From: Mizuhopecten yessoensis
Taxonomy: Eukaryota
Direction of reading: 5' to 3'
DNA length: 64,000 nucleotides
Assembly (NCBI RefSeq): GCF_002113885.1
Contig: NW_018479971.1
Coordinates: 90,790 to 154,789 of the forward strand
Part shown: positions 9,971 to 24,165 of the stretch, in pieces
Numbering within the stretch: position 1 is the stretch's first letter
How the letters are laid out: every line of letters starts with the position of its first letter
Program-made: the position numbers and the translations under genes
The notes under the pieces: model-generated
What the model saw: the letters and a program-made list of their open reading frames with translations, nothing else
Databases searched by the model: none
Told to the model about the DNA's origin: nothing

Positions 9971-11899
9971 GTGCGTTCCTCCCGAAAATGATAATAATAA
10001 AAATGGAAAATATTGTTTTGATTTTAAATAATCAATATAATGAATATATTTCAATTAATTTTCCTTGATGTTCTTACTACAATCACGACAACAAATTCTG
10101 AAGTGGAAAACGGATAGATTGTGCATTAAGTTTACATAAAATCTTAAGCTTGTTATTTCTTTATGTCATTGCAGAATGTGGATGACAGTCGGTGATGGAA
10201 TCGAAGTTTTGTGATTGACGTACCAGTCTCGTTTTGATTGTCTTAGTTTTGTTGGGGTCACGATCCGATCCGATCCGATCGGAATGGTGTTTGGCCAATG
10301 TTACATATATTGTACCTTATATTTGTTAAATTAAATTGTAACTCTGTGGATCTCAGCCTATAGTGGTCTCATGAAGAACTGAACCTATATCTGATGAATT
10401 GGCCATTTAGAATTTAGCTAGTGTTGACCAGCAGTGGTCCAATTTGTAAATGTCGATGGTGTTGAATTGTTTGATTGGTCAGTTGCTAATTAGACGGAAT
10501 GTAGCTTTGGTCAGTTTGAAGTCGGTTCATCTTGAATGAAAGGATTTTCATGAAAAAGGTGTCTTGCATTTGTTGATCACGTACATGTCAGTTCTATCAA
10601 TGTTGGTATCGACCTGCAATGGGCCACCGTCCATGTTTCCAGTTTTTGTTGTTTTGGTCATTTGGATATAGTTGATCTTTCGTTGTGAGCGATATTTGTG
10701 TTTTAGCGGACATTTGCCATATATATATGTGTATATTTTGGCCAGCAGTGGTTTCACGCTGATTGCGTCTTTTTTTCGGAAGGTTCTTACTTTCTTGGAT
10801 CTTGACAGCTAGTAGTCCCTCGTAAATATCTAACAAGTGCTTGATATTTTCGCTAATCAAAATGGACTGATTCTTCAATGACCACTAATGGTCTGAGGTG
10901 TTGTCGTGGTCAGTTATAAATTCAGTCAAGCTGACCACCAGGTTCTGTAGAATTACCAACATGCAAAGTTCTGCTCGTTTTGTATTGGTCAGTTTTGTTC
11001 TAGCGAATTTTATGTAGTAACAATCACGTGATCAATGAAATATTCTAAAATTGATTTTCGTGTTCATGTTATATTTTTGTAACCGTCGTTGTAAACATGT
11101 CATAGATTCGTAAAAACGTATGAAATGTCATACATTGAAGTGAGACTGAACTTATGTACGAAACCGTTCTCAGACTCAATCATTGATTTGGTGATCAATC
11201 AAACTCTGTTACTCGCTTAAATAATGTGACACGCTCGAAGGTCAAATGTTAACATTGAAATGATATACAGATTTTTAAAACATAATAATTCCTCGAATTC
11301 ATTGACAAAATTATTATTTCACATTTATCACCGGAACAAGATATTTGGCTTCGGCACAGAAATTGAGTTTGAGCATGAAAACGGTTTCACGATAACGGCC
11401 CCTTGATTTACGGACCTCCTCTAAATTCTTTAGGCATCATGGTATATTTTTTTATAAAGATGATTTATCTGTCTGTATCTCCGTATTTTGAAGTCCTCAC
11501 TGATGTTCGGTACATATACATACATGCATATCATATAAAAAGAAAAAATCTCAATAACACGTCATTAGCACTTTCATCTCATGAAAGAGATTCTTCATGT
11601 TTATTCTACCACATAATTTCAGAAAAATGTACTTCCAAGATTTAAAACCCCCGATAAATGTAGAGAATAGAGACGAAAAGATATATATGAAATAAAATTC
11701 TCTTTAGGTAGATTCAATTTCGTTTAGCATTGAATAGTTTATTACAAAATGTAAAAAATATGATGTTTTTACATATGATAAAAAATATTTTTTATTATTA
11801 CTGTTCGTTTATCTATATAAATAATAAAGATATATCAAAATCTATTGGAGTCGGAAATAAATTGCTGGGTGCTTTGACATATTTTAATGTTGTCTTCTA

Positions 11900-14800
11900 A
11901 AGATAAATTATTACTATAGTCTAGCGGGATGAATTCATTTAATTCACGGTACAATTTTATTCTTAGGTCCGCATAATTATTACAAACAAAGAAGAAGTGG
12001 TATGAATCATCAATGGGATGACCGCACTGACAGTGACGGTAGACAATTAAATTAGATTGGAATAGATCATCATCTAATTATAAAGTACTAGATCTATTTC
12101 TCAGTCTGGCTTGCAATATATTGGATAATTTGGAACTTTTGTCATTGTTCTAAGAGATTTTTTAAAGACTGGGTACGAAACACTGTTTCTAATTTCAAGA
12201 TCTAGTTGGTTCCAAAATCGAGTCGTAGATGGGAAAAGTGATAAGTTGGTTAGTTGTAGTCGGAAATTTTGTATTGAGTAATTAATTACGTCATGGAGGT
12301 GATAATGGAGTTTTCTGAGACTAAAGGGTGCAGTAAAGAAGTTAGATAACCGGGTGTGAGTTTGGTAATAATTTGGAAGAATAGCTGTAGTTTCCTCCTA
12401 GAACGTCGATTTGATAGTGGTTCTAACCCACTTTCAGGATATAAAGAAATTCTACTAACATTAGAAGGTCATCCAGAGATTATTCGAGCAGACTCCAACT
12501 GAAGTTTTTTTGTCTGCGTCACCGAGAGAGCACCCGTCCCAAACCTCACAACAATATTCTAATAAGGGAAGAATGTATGATTTATAGATTTTGAATAAAG
12601 TTTGTCTATTTAACATATATTCAAGTTTACGAAGGATACTTACCTGCTTGGATACATATTTACATATTTTTTCTATATGTCTACTCCATTTACAATTAGC
12701 GTCCAAAATAGCTCCTAGGTGCTTATGATTATCTACAAAGTCAACATTCACATTATTGAATTTAATATCTATCACATGATCATGTTCAATGTTTGAAATG
12801 AGTAAAGCTTCCGCTTTTAGGGGATTACATTTTACATACCATTTTTCTGCCCACTTTTGAATTTTAGCTAGGTCGCTGTTAATTTTAGTTTCGATAGCCA
12901 AAAGAGATGGCTCAGAGCATAATAAAGACGTGTCGTCAGCAAACAATTTTGAAAGACTTTCGAGATGATCAGATATACCATTTATGAACATAAAAAGTAA
13001 AGGACCTAAAACTTAACCTTGTGGAACGCCTGCATTTGTAGCTTTAACGGAAGATTTACTATTTCCTACAAAGACCTGTTGTTTTCGGTTACTTACAAAG
13101 TTGTTTAACCAGACAAGTAGTTTCCCACGTATACCATGGTTTTCTAAATTCACATTCAGTCCCTTGTGCCACACACGATCGAACGCTTTAGAAATATTGC
13201 AAAAAACTAGACAGGATGATTGCATTTTTCAATATTTTCTCATAATGTATGGTACATTTCAATAATTTGATGAACAGTAGAATGGCCAGGCTAAAAACCA
13301 GATTGGTATTTATATATCAGTGAATTTTCAAGCAAATAGTTATGTAAGTATTTGACAGCCAAACGTTCGAAAAGTTTCCCGATAGTACTTCGTAGTACTA
13401 TTGGTCTATAATTTGCAGAATCTATTTCATCACCTTTTTTAAATAATGGCATAACTAGAGCTTATTGCCCATGTTTTTGGAAAGATACCAGTTTCAAAAG
13501 AAGATCTAAATATTAGAGATAAAGGAAAGGCTATAGAGACCGCAGAATTTTTTAGCATATGATGACTAATTGTGTCGCTGCCTACAGCTTTGTTGATAGG
13601 TAAATATTTAAGAATGTCAGTAATGTCGTTTAATTAAGCATTGAACTGTTTTTGTATGGTATTTATGATCTATTTGAATGACACAGCTTAGCAAGCAAAC
13701 AACATAATGCGCGCTAGCGCATTATGATTTGTTTGCTTTCAAAGCTGTGTCATTCAAATAGATCATAAATCTCATACAAAAACAGTTCAATACTTATATT
13801 TACGTTTTCTCTGCCTCTTATGTTCTTTTTTAACTTATAATTTATAATTAAAATTAAAAATGCCCGCCTTATCGACAGTCCATACAATTTCGTTCAATAG
13901 TTTGAACACCGTATTGTCGCGTGCTGATTGGCAAACAAAGTAGTACTTTGTCATTTTAACAAACACTTTAAATTTATTCCACAATTTTAGTATCAATATA
14001 ATTGCCTATGATATGTCTATAGGGTGATTCAAGGTTATCAATAGAAATCTGAGCTGAAAGTTAGATTTGAAATTGTTTCGATTTTCCCCCGGAACAAATT
14101 TCGCGCATGGATAAATACAGTGAACACCGTGAATCCGACCTTGACCTCCACGAGGGAGTTATTTTTAGAAGTTCGTTCGAACTTTTCTCTTTGCTCATTT
14201 TGTGAAGAATCCAGGCGTGAATGTATTTGTTGATTGTATGGGAACCCGACAACAGTCGGTGGGTTCTATAACAGCATCGTTATTTGACATGTCGTCAGAA
14301 ACTGATCATGAGGAACCGTGGATCCGAGACGCGTGAAACTGATAGCGTTTGAAGTGAGTGATCTTGCGACGGAGCACAGGTTCGTTACAAATGTCTGAAA
14401 TGACAAATGTTTATGTGTTGTGAGTCATATCAGTAGGTCTGTAACATATGTGTTAGTAGGTCTATGGAATATGTGTATTTCAGACATTTGTAACGAACAC
14501 CTGTTGATAAGTTCTGTGTAACAGACGATATTTCTGATGAATTGCATGAGCGTTAAATTTGTTTCCATTGCCGGCATTGGTGATTTCAACCGATGTGCAT
14601 TTTGTACGAGATTGAGGACCTTGGTCTTGTTTTCGTTGTTATAAAAGTGTTTTTTGTTTTATTTTTTATTTTGCACATAAATTTACAAAGACATTATCAA
14701 ATCTCACAATGTCCAGCGATATTTCAGCAGCCGTCATGTTTATTTACATTGGATATTGTAGTTCTGGTCAATGTTGTAATTAATACGCTAAGAATTGTGT

Positions 14801-16480
14801 CTCGTGCGGCATGGTAATTAAAGTCCCATCAACGACACAGCTTTCAAAGAGGCAATATAGTGACAATGCCATGCAAATGTAAATATTTGAAATTGTATGT
14901 CAGATATCGTAGGGTCCGTCCTTAGCTCTACGTCTGGTACGTCGATGTCAGTATCGGCAATAGAAGAGATAGAAACAAAGTAATCATTTAGGATATTAGC
15001 TTTACCTCCATTTGTCATTTCAAGATTTACTGCATCATCAATAAGGGGAGGTATAGTATTGGAGGTGTCAGAAGTTTTTAAAAGTCTGCGGACAGTTTTC
15101 CAAAAATGTCTAGGGTTCGAACCAGAATAACGATCTAAAATGCCATTTATGTCCTAAGGAAAATTTATTTAGGCGTTTTTTGAGATTGTTAACATGATTA
15201 CGATGTTTTTCTAAAATTAGATAAATTAACTATAGAACGGTTAGACTTAAAAAACAAAAATAGTCGGTCTCTTTTCCTAATTTCTCGTCGTAATTCAGAA
15301 TTGAACCAAGGCTTGTCAATAGATCGAATCGTTACAGTTTTTGTAGGTATGCACTCCCCAGCTATGTCCAGATGTCGTCCGGAGAGGAGTGCGCAGTCGA
15401 AAAGCAATCTAACCAGTCGGTACCGTCTAGTCTATTAATACAAAGGTCATAATTAGCCTCACTGTAACATCTTATTTTTCGTGCATACGTCCTCGGAATA
15501 ACAGCCCCAACAGTCAGTTCTACAGTCGTCGCTTTATGTTAAGATATGTCGTCGTCAATGTCGATTACGTCAGCAAAGTTTGAAGTACACGTGTTCGAGA
15601 GTAAAATTGGGTCGAGTAGAGTAGAGATCGTACGTCTAATACGTGTCGGTTTGTCGATTTCAAGTACATAATTAGTCAGGTGAAACGAGTGGATAATGTC
15701 ATAAATCACGTTAGTATTTTCTACAGATAGAAGATCAACATTTATATCACCAACAATTACAATATGTGGAGTTTCCTGGCTAGCGGATTCAATAGAAAGT
15801 CGAAAGTGATTCCAAAAGTTGTGTGTGATATTCGGGGGTCTATAGAGAGTGCACAAAAGGTATTTCTTATTTGGAAACTGGATCTCTGTCCAAATAATCT
15901 CACCAACCTGAAATTCTAGATCAGCTCTACGACGGCTGCACAAGAGACTGGATGCGTAAACAGCTATACTCCCTCCCTGAGTTCCCGATCCTTGCGGTAT
16001 AACTCATAACCACGTGCACACCAAGAGTATATCAGCGGCTGCTATGGAAATATCAAGGTGAGTCTCGGTGACGCAAACAATATCATAATCTGACGCCACA
16101 TTTTCTAAGTGTGGTAATTTATTTCTTGGGCTACGGATGTTTAAATGGAAGATAGATATATCGCTATTTTGATCTGGGGGCCTGGGTTAGTATGAACGTC
16201 ATGACAGGATAGGAGGAGGAGTTGTAGCATCAAGAGGAAATTAGAGTTATGAGTTATGCCAGAAAGTAAGACATGGGTAACGAAAAGAAGTTTGGATATA
16301 ATAAACATCACAGTCAGTAAAAATATTATACATATTAATGTGGATTTTTATTTTTTTTGAAATCGATAAAGCATGAGTACGCTGGTAGAAACACCCGATA
16401 GCCGCCCGATACTGAACTAAATAACTGCCCATGGTCATAAAACAATACATAAAACGTAGAGAGGCAGCCGGTTGCACTAA
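11900..16480 (-). mobile_element. CR1/L2-group non-LTR retrotransposon ORF2 (APE endonuclease + RT), near full-length, pseudogenised
   Basis: APE motifs (HLNIRS...VTETHL, LYRPP, GDINVDL, PTR...LLDPI, SxH), KPWFN, RT motifs (KAFDRVWH, GVPQG, LFADDT) and a C-terminal CxC..H..C. It has many stops and frameshifts and is split by the insertion at 13633-14883. Confidence 0.92.
13633..14883. mobile_element. Non-autonomous element with a large subterminal hairpin (Crypton-like by inference), inserted at a TA within the LINE RT
   Basis: Removing 13633-14883 plus one TA restores the LINE frame (IQFQI-NDITDILK). The hairpin spans about 13635-13797. A second family copy lies at 43921-45510. Confidence 0.75.
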
Positions 16481-16485
16481 CCATA

Positions 16486-16671
16486 TTCCGTCTTTGCGTA
16501 TTGCAGAGTTATCTTCTCTTGAGAACAGGTATTGATTCTTACGTCATTTGTTTGTGAAAGTAACGTCATCAATTTTTGAGAAAACGACGTAATTTTCTCA
16601 CACCCACCAATGACGTAACAATCAATACCTGTTCTCAAGAGAAGATACCTCTGCAATACGCCAAGACGGAA
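16486..16671. mobile_element. Palindromic MITE flanked by TA (Tc1/mariner-type target)
   Basis: ta-TTCCGTCTTTGCGTATTGCAGAG...CTCTGCAATACGCCAAGACGGAA-ta; long TIRs cover most of the element; second copy at 23323-23510. Confidence 0.85.
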
Positions 16672-18599
16672 TAGTTAACATACAGTCTGGTTGAACGAGA
16701 CTAGTATAAGAGTCAAAGCACTCTGGGTGACAGAGGTCATAGCAGGATAGGTCAAGGTTGAGAAGGAAGAGAAGGTAAAAAAAACCATGTAAACAAAACC
16801 CATGAGTTAGAAAATACAGGTTTTATCTACAGTTAAGTTTACCATAGTTTGTAATTTTAGTTAAATTATGCCATAATATTAAATCATTTTCAAAATGAGA
16901 TGTGCAGATTCACAACAATTTGAAGCAGGTACGCTACATGAAATTATACAGGTGTACATGATATAGATAGGTACTTCTAATGAAATTTGGTTAAAAAAAT
17001 AATATTCATTTTTTTTTAATTATAATCTTTATTAAATTAAATTTGAATCTTTGATAAACACTGGAAATTTACAGGTAAACTAGACTTGCACACAAGTAGG
17101 TATGTTTACATGAAACCAGATAATAATAATTAGGTATCAAGATCACGTGTTTGGAAGTATTCTCACAAAGTAGATTTCTACCCTGAAAAGAACGAGAGTT
17201 AATGTCGCCCCAAACAGACAAAAGAACAAGATTCAAACAAACTATTCAACCTAGTCTTTTACATCTCAAATACAGTAGTAATTGAAGTACCGCATTTAAT
17301 TAAAATAGAATTGTGGACGCAAGATGGCGGCGTTACTATGTAACTACACTAGTACTACGGTAAATCTTTATAGGACATTTGTATTATGAAGGTGACGGAG
17401 TACATATCGTACTAGTCATCAAACGTCACGCATAAACAATTCACTGGCTGTGCTATATAAACCTTTCTCTTCTATATTATCCAATAGGATAAACACCACA
17501 AATTCTCAGCGACATAGGCACTGACCGATGTTTATTTACAATCGCCACGATTAATAAACACAATTACACAATAATATACATCTCACACACAAACACAAAT
17601 TCTAACTTATTAATCTCAATATAATAAACACCCTTTAATAAAATACACGTGTGCTTCCTGTGGCCTGTGTTGCCTGAATGACACGTATAGGTAACAACCC
17701 AGCCCATTTGCACGTGCAAATACCAGCAATAGCGCCACCTATTGGCGTATCTCATACCAAAGAGAAAATAATTACATCCTTATTCCTACCGTCAACCGTA
17801 TACAAAATATACTTACCAACCCAACGAAAAGGTTTAGAAATCAATGCATAACCTAAAGGAAAACAAGAAGTACAAAGTATGATGATTCAATTGTAACACG
17901 AATTAAAATGTTTTCAAGAATATTTTACATACTAACTTTAAATTCTTCCCGCAAGAACACGGTGGTCACCAACAGTGATGCACTATATCTAGGGTAAACG
18001 CATCACTAAAAACTAAATCTAAGTTAAACGTAGATCTGAAGATATTGTTTGAGGGGAAATCAAAGTCTATCGATCTGTACTACTTTATTTTCATAGATAT
18101 CTAAACTCAGAGGATTGAATGTAAACAAATAACGTTTTGTACGTTACAATATGTATTGTACTTCTTTTAACCGTAGCCTATATATTACTGTATATATGTA
18201 TACATTGTGTATAAATCTAGTGCGTATAATAAATGTACTGGTTACATGGTAAATCTAGGTACGGATGTCTTTCCGGACGAGAACGACGGAGTTTAATTTT
18301 CTATAAAATTCAGATTTAATTTGATTACGGACCGGATAAAGGTAGGTTGATTCATTGGAATCTGATATAACTTGTGGAATTTTAATTTATGACAATACAC
18401 GTTTTTACTTATGTACATGCATTTTAACAATGACGTCACAGATATTGTCTTTGCACGTGCAGTACAACTATATCCTACATGATGACCTAACTGATGTATA
18501 GTTTGAGTGTATCCTACATGATGACCGTGCTATTCTATCAACAAACATGATCTCTCATTAATACTTTGCCTATCATACTCTCTAAATATTATCAAGCAT

Positions 18600-20930
18600 G
18601 ACATCTTTTCTAAGAGTTATTCGACCTAACTTGCTTCTTTTGTATTTTATTAGATTATCCACTCTTTACTTCTTGTATATTTATTATCCACTCTTTACTT
18701 CTTGTATATATATATTATCAACTCTTTACTTCTTGTATATAGATTATCCACTCTTTACTTTTTGTATATATAATATCCACTCTTTACTTTTTGTATAAAG
18801 ATCATCCACTCTTATCTCTTGTATATATATCCACTCTTTACTTTTTGTATATATATTATCCACTCTTTACTTTTTGTATATATATTATCTAGTTTTACTT
18901 TATGTATATAGATTATCCACTCTTTACTTCTTGTATATAGATGATCCACTCTTTATTTCTTGTATATAGATTATCCACTCTTTGTATATAGATTATCCAG
19001 TTTTACTATATGTATAAAGATTATCCACTCTTTACTTCTTGTATATAGATTATCCACTCTTTACTTCTTGTATATAGATTATCCACTCTTTACTTAATGT
19101 ATATAGATTATCCACTCTTTACTTTATCTATATAGATTATCCACTCTTTACTTCTTGTATATAGATTATCCACTCTTTACTTCTTGTATATAGATTATCC
19201 ACTCTTTACTTCTTGTATATATATTATCCACTCTTTACTTCTTGTATATAGATTATCCACACTTTATTTCTTGTTTATAGAGTATCAACTCTTTACTTCT
19301 TTTATATAGATTATCCACCCTTTACTTCTTGTATATAGATTATCCAGTTTTACTTTATGTATATATATTATCCACTCTTACTTCTTCTATATATATTATC
19401 CACCCTTTACTTTTTGTATATAGATTTCCAGTTTTACTTTATGTATATACATTATCCACTCTTTACTTCTTGTAGATATATTATCCACTTTTTACTTATT
19501 GTATACAAATTATCCACTCTTTACTTATTGTATACAAATTATCCACTCTTTACTTATTGTATATAGATTACTGTCTCCACTCTTTATTTCCTGTATATAG
19601 ATTATCCATTCTTTAAATTTTGTATATAGAGTATCCACTCTTACTTCTTATATATGTTATCCGCCCTTTCCTCTTGTATAAAAACTATTTTGCCTCACTT
19701 CTTGTATGAATAATATCACGCGTTACTATTTATATAAAGATTATCCAGAATAACTTCATGCATAAAAGGTATTCAGACTTTCTACTTCATAATAATAAAC
19801 CAGGCTTAGTTCTTGTATACCGAATGTTCGGCCTTGTTAAAGGCTATCAAGTCTTACTATTTCTTTAAAGATTGTCCATCCTCTGGTATACATTCTGGTG
19901 TAACTTCCTGTAAAAAAATCAGCCTGTCTTACTCGTTGTATAAAAGTAAATTGTCGTACTTCTTGTATAAAGATTATCTAGACTAACAACTTGTTTAAAG
20001 ATTATCTAGACTAACTACTTGTATAAAGATTATCTAGACTTACTACTTGTATAAAGATTATCTAGACTAACTACTTGTATAAAGATTATCTAGACTAACT
20101 ACTTGTATAAAGATTATCTAGACTAACTACTTGTATAAAGATTATCTAGACTAACTACTTGTATAAAGATTATCTAGAATAACTACTTGTTTAAAGATTA
20201 CCCATCCTAACGCCTGTATAAAACAACATCCAGAATTACTTGTTATAGTAATACAATTCAGCCTTACTTCCTGTATAAAATCTATCCAGCCTTCCTACTT
20301 GGTTAAATAATTATTCAGACTTACCCTTTGTGTAAAAACTGTCCAGCCTTACTTCTTTAATAAAAATATCAAACTTGCTACTTGGTTACAATTATTCAGA
20401 CGTACTTTTTGTATAAAAATTATCCAGACTAACTTTTTGAATAAAATTATCCACCCTGCTACTTGTATAAAATGTATCCAGCTTGTATTTATAAAGGGTT
20501 GCCTAATATATGCCCTTTAAGTTACTTATCCAAGAGTGTCTATCTGTGTTAAGATTATCCAGATTAACTGATTTCTAATATTGTTCCGCCTGACTGACTC
20601 TATAATTGATTATATCCAGACTAACTTATTTTCGTCATACCACAGTATTTACTGTCTTAAAGATTATCGTTCTATCAAGCATAGCTTACTGTCAATGACT
20701 ATCTGTACGAAAATATTGTCTAGATATGCAGCAGCCTTACTTGTTCTCTTAAGTCGTTATGTTCGAAATTTTCTAGCCTAATTAGCTCTCTGTTTCAACA
20801 AATATTAACTTTCTGAAAATAATCCATTCTTAACTGTCCCTCCTAACTTATATCCTATTGACTTAAAATTATCCAGCCTAGCTTACTGTCTAAAGAGTGT
20901 CTTATTACCTAGCTTATAATTTACTTTAAC
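18600..20930. repeat. Minisatellite array, 28/29-bp units with two homogenised subarrays
   Basis: gattatccactctttacttcttgtatata (29 bp, ~18650-19650) and gattatctagactaactacttgtataaa (28 bp, ~19960-20190), joined and flanked by degenerate units. Confidence 0.9.
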
Positions 20931-21874
20931 TGGGTCAACTTGCTGTCTTCATATTTTCTCGAACCTCAGACAGAGATACCTCACGTCATACAGTACCCCG
21001 TGCTAGATTTTTCTATCCTGTCCGGTCTGTCTGGTACTTTAACCTTTTGGTTTTACATGACTTTTCGCAAAAAAAATACACAGCAAATGTACACATTTTA
21101 CGTGTACGTTTATTTTTTTCACAGCTCAAATTCCATCAGCTTTTGATTACAATTTGTTTAGAATATTTAATAGTCTTGTTATAGTCTTGACATAATTTAT
21201 TCATACATGACCATTCATTAAAGAATTAATTGATAGTACCAATTAACCCTGATTTTCGAGACAAGAACGAGTTTTAACGCCCCTTTCAGCAACATAGTGC
21301 TTACTCACACCGCGTGCAGATTTATGACTAGTTACAGACAGAGACTGTTTAATTTTATTTAACATATATAGTATACTAACCTATCAAACCTCGGTGACTA
21401 AGAATATTTGAAATTCGACTCGATGTTTCAGGATCCAGAAACCGGAATGTAGGTGATAAATATCGATATTAAGACCATCTCAGTTTTCTTTAAAATATTA
21501 CAGTGTTTTCATTTTTCCATTTTGTTTTTAAACTGATATCTTTATACATTTACATCGATATATCGTCAAATATATACTATGACTTTTATTGATTGTATAG
21601 CAATTGCCGAATAGTTTTGTTTCAAACTTTTCTCAATCAATTTTTTTTTTTTTTTTGGTGCTCTGACGGAAGGTAGAACTATCCGGAGAAAACACACGAC
21701 AGGTGACAGGGTTAGAATCCGGCCATCTTGCTGAAGCAAACATTTAAGTTACGCACAAGAAAATATACATGTATCTACTTTAGTTTTGAATGGAAGAAAA
21801 CGGTGTCATTGATTTAAAAATTATATTGTGAATAAATGTTTTACCAATCATCTACGAAACAGAAATGCTACATA

Positions 21875-22270
21875 CGGGAGACCGGGGCAAGTTCGGCAAC
21901 AAAAGATACTTGTGCTAATATTTACATCTTTGAGGATCTTAGCAGTTTAGTTGATTGGACATTCACACGAAAACATGACAAGGAAATAAAATTAGGCCAG
22001 GGCAAGTTCGGCCCCATGCAACGCACAAAAAGTCGTGAAATTGGCGGTAAAATCTGACGCTGCACGCTTTATGACGTCATGAACAAACTGATTGCAACGA
22101 GACTGTCTGTCCGAATTTACCCCAAGGCGGATTTCATTTTGGTCATCCGATCTGCCGACATGAAAAGTTAAATAAATCTTCAAATACGGAAGTGTTTTCC
22201 ATAAGCAAATTAATGCCATACTACCCAGAACGATTTAGATAAAGATTGGCCGAACTTGCCCTGGTCTCTC
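21875..22270. mobile_element. MITE with ~25-bp TIRs (pogo/mariner-like)
   Basis: Left ta-cgggagaccggggcaagttcggc; right gccgaacttgccctggtctctc; internal TIR-like copy at about 21994. Confidence 0.6.
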
Positions 22271-22503
22271 AAATGTTTGCGTCGATCTTACAATCTCATA
22301 AGATCATCTGTTTTATTCTTATATCTCGACTTGCCGACTTACATTGCTCTGAATCTAAAAGTATCAGAGATTAACAAAAGCTACGCTATTGTTAAAATGA
22401 AAATAATACAAAACAAAAAATAAGTTGTGTTTTATCAAACTTTATTCTCCGTTATATAATAACAGATGCAAGTCAAAATTGTCAGTAAAATCATATTTCA
22501 AAA

Positions 22504-24165
22504 CAGTATTCCGATCACAAGCGTTACATGGATAATGATGTCGGTGACATTTTTTATCTGTATATTATGTTATAAAAAACGATATAAAATAAAGATAACT
22601 TGAGTATTCAGACACGTTTGCTTTCCAAACAGATTTTCATCAGCAGATGTTTCATATGATCGAGATAAGATCATTGTGTTCGTTAAATGAAAAAGAAAAT
22701 GCTTGGTAGTATTTTCAGATACATGGTTGACCCTATAAGCTAGGCCCCTTTGTAAAAGGTGTCGTCATTTACCCACAGTTGTGGTATATATCATTATTTG
22801 TAATACTTTTACCGGTGAAATATTGGTTTTAAAGTGTTGTACTCACTGCAGCAAGGAATGTCATTTTTTTCATTTTTTTTTCGTAAGTTTTTATTTCCCA
22901 GCACATACCTCACATATGAATGATTGCCAGGTTTGGGTCCCTGGGGTCAGTGTCCGTACAATAGGTTGTCCACTCGCAGGAGGAGATTCATTCAACGCTT
23001 TGATTAACTTCCATGACACAACACATATGCCTAATAGCCTGACAAACCGTGATATAATATATTCATTACCTAACACGCATACATACTATCTCTCATTTCC
23101 GTACACATATGCATACAACCACGACAGAACTTATAGATTATACTGATTTTCCTAACACACATATTCTCATGACATATATACATCTAATTCCTCTTGCATA
23201 CTAACTACAATATCGTAAAAGCACATTTGATAACATATATTAACATAAATATGTATACCAAAAGTCGTAATACCAGGCCGAAGTAGTCGATAAGCGAGGT
23301 ACATGTACCAACTTCTTGTAATATCCGTCTTTGCGTATTGCAGAGTTATATTCTCTTGAGAACAGGTATTGATTGTTACGTCATTTGTTTGTGAGAGTAA
23401 CGTCATTTATTTTTGAAAAAAAAACGACATAATTTTCTCACACAAACCAATGACGTAACAATCAATACCTGTTCTCAAGAGAAGATAACTCTGCAAACGT
23501 AAAGACGGAATATATCAAGCTCGGCCTACCACAACGACCAAACATGGCTGCCTGACCGGTGTTCGGTGCAGCATTCCGATCACAAGCGTTACATGGATAA
23601 TGATGTCGGTGACATTTTTTATCTGTATATTATGTTAAAAAAACGATATAAAATAAAGATAACTTTAGTATTCAGACACGTTTGCTTTCCAAACAAATTA
23701 TCATCAGCAGATGATTCAGATGATCGAGATAAGATCATTTTGTTCGTTAAATAAAAAATAAAATGTTTGGTAGTATTTTCAGATACATGGTTGACCCTAT
23801 AAGCTAGGCCCCTTTGTAAAAGGTGTCATCATTTACCCACAGTTGTGGTATATATCATTATTTGTAATACTTTTACCGGTGACATATAGGTTTTATCGTG
23901 TTGTTCACACTGCAGCAAGGAATGTCAAAATAATTTTCTTTTAGAAGTGAATAAAGATTTTTCTTATTTTAAAACGGAATAAAAATATAGAACGAATAAA
24001 TCATTTAATACACTGTAATACACCAAATATTGGTTTTAAAGTGTTGTTCTCACTACAGCAAGGAATATCAAAATAATATTCTTTAAGAAGTGAATAAAGT
24101 TTTTTCTTATATAAAAACGGAATAAAAATATAGAACGAATAAATCATGTATTACACTGTAATAAC
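22504..24165. repeat. Local duplications: 360-bp direct repeat (22504-22863 / 23569-23927) and ~145-bp tandem duplication (~23885-24165)
   Basis: cag(t/c)attccgatcacaagcgttacatgg...gcaaggaatgtca occurs twice; ggtttta..gtgttgtt..cact.cagcaagg occurs three times. Confidence 0.85.
23323..23510. mobile_element. Second copy of the palindromic TA-flanked MITE
   Basis: Near-identical to 16486-16671. Confidence 0.85.
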
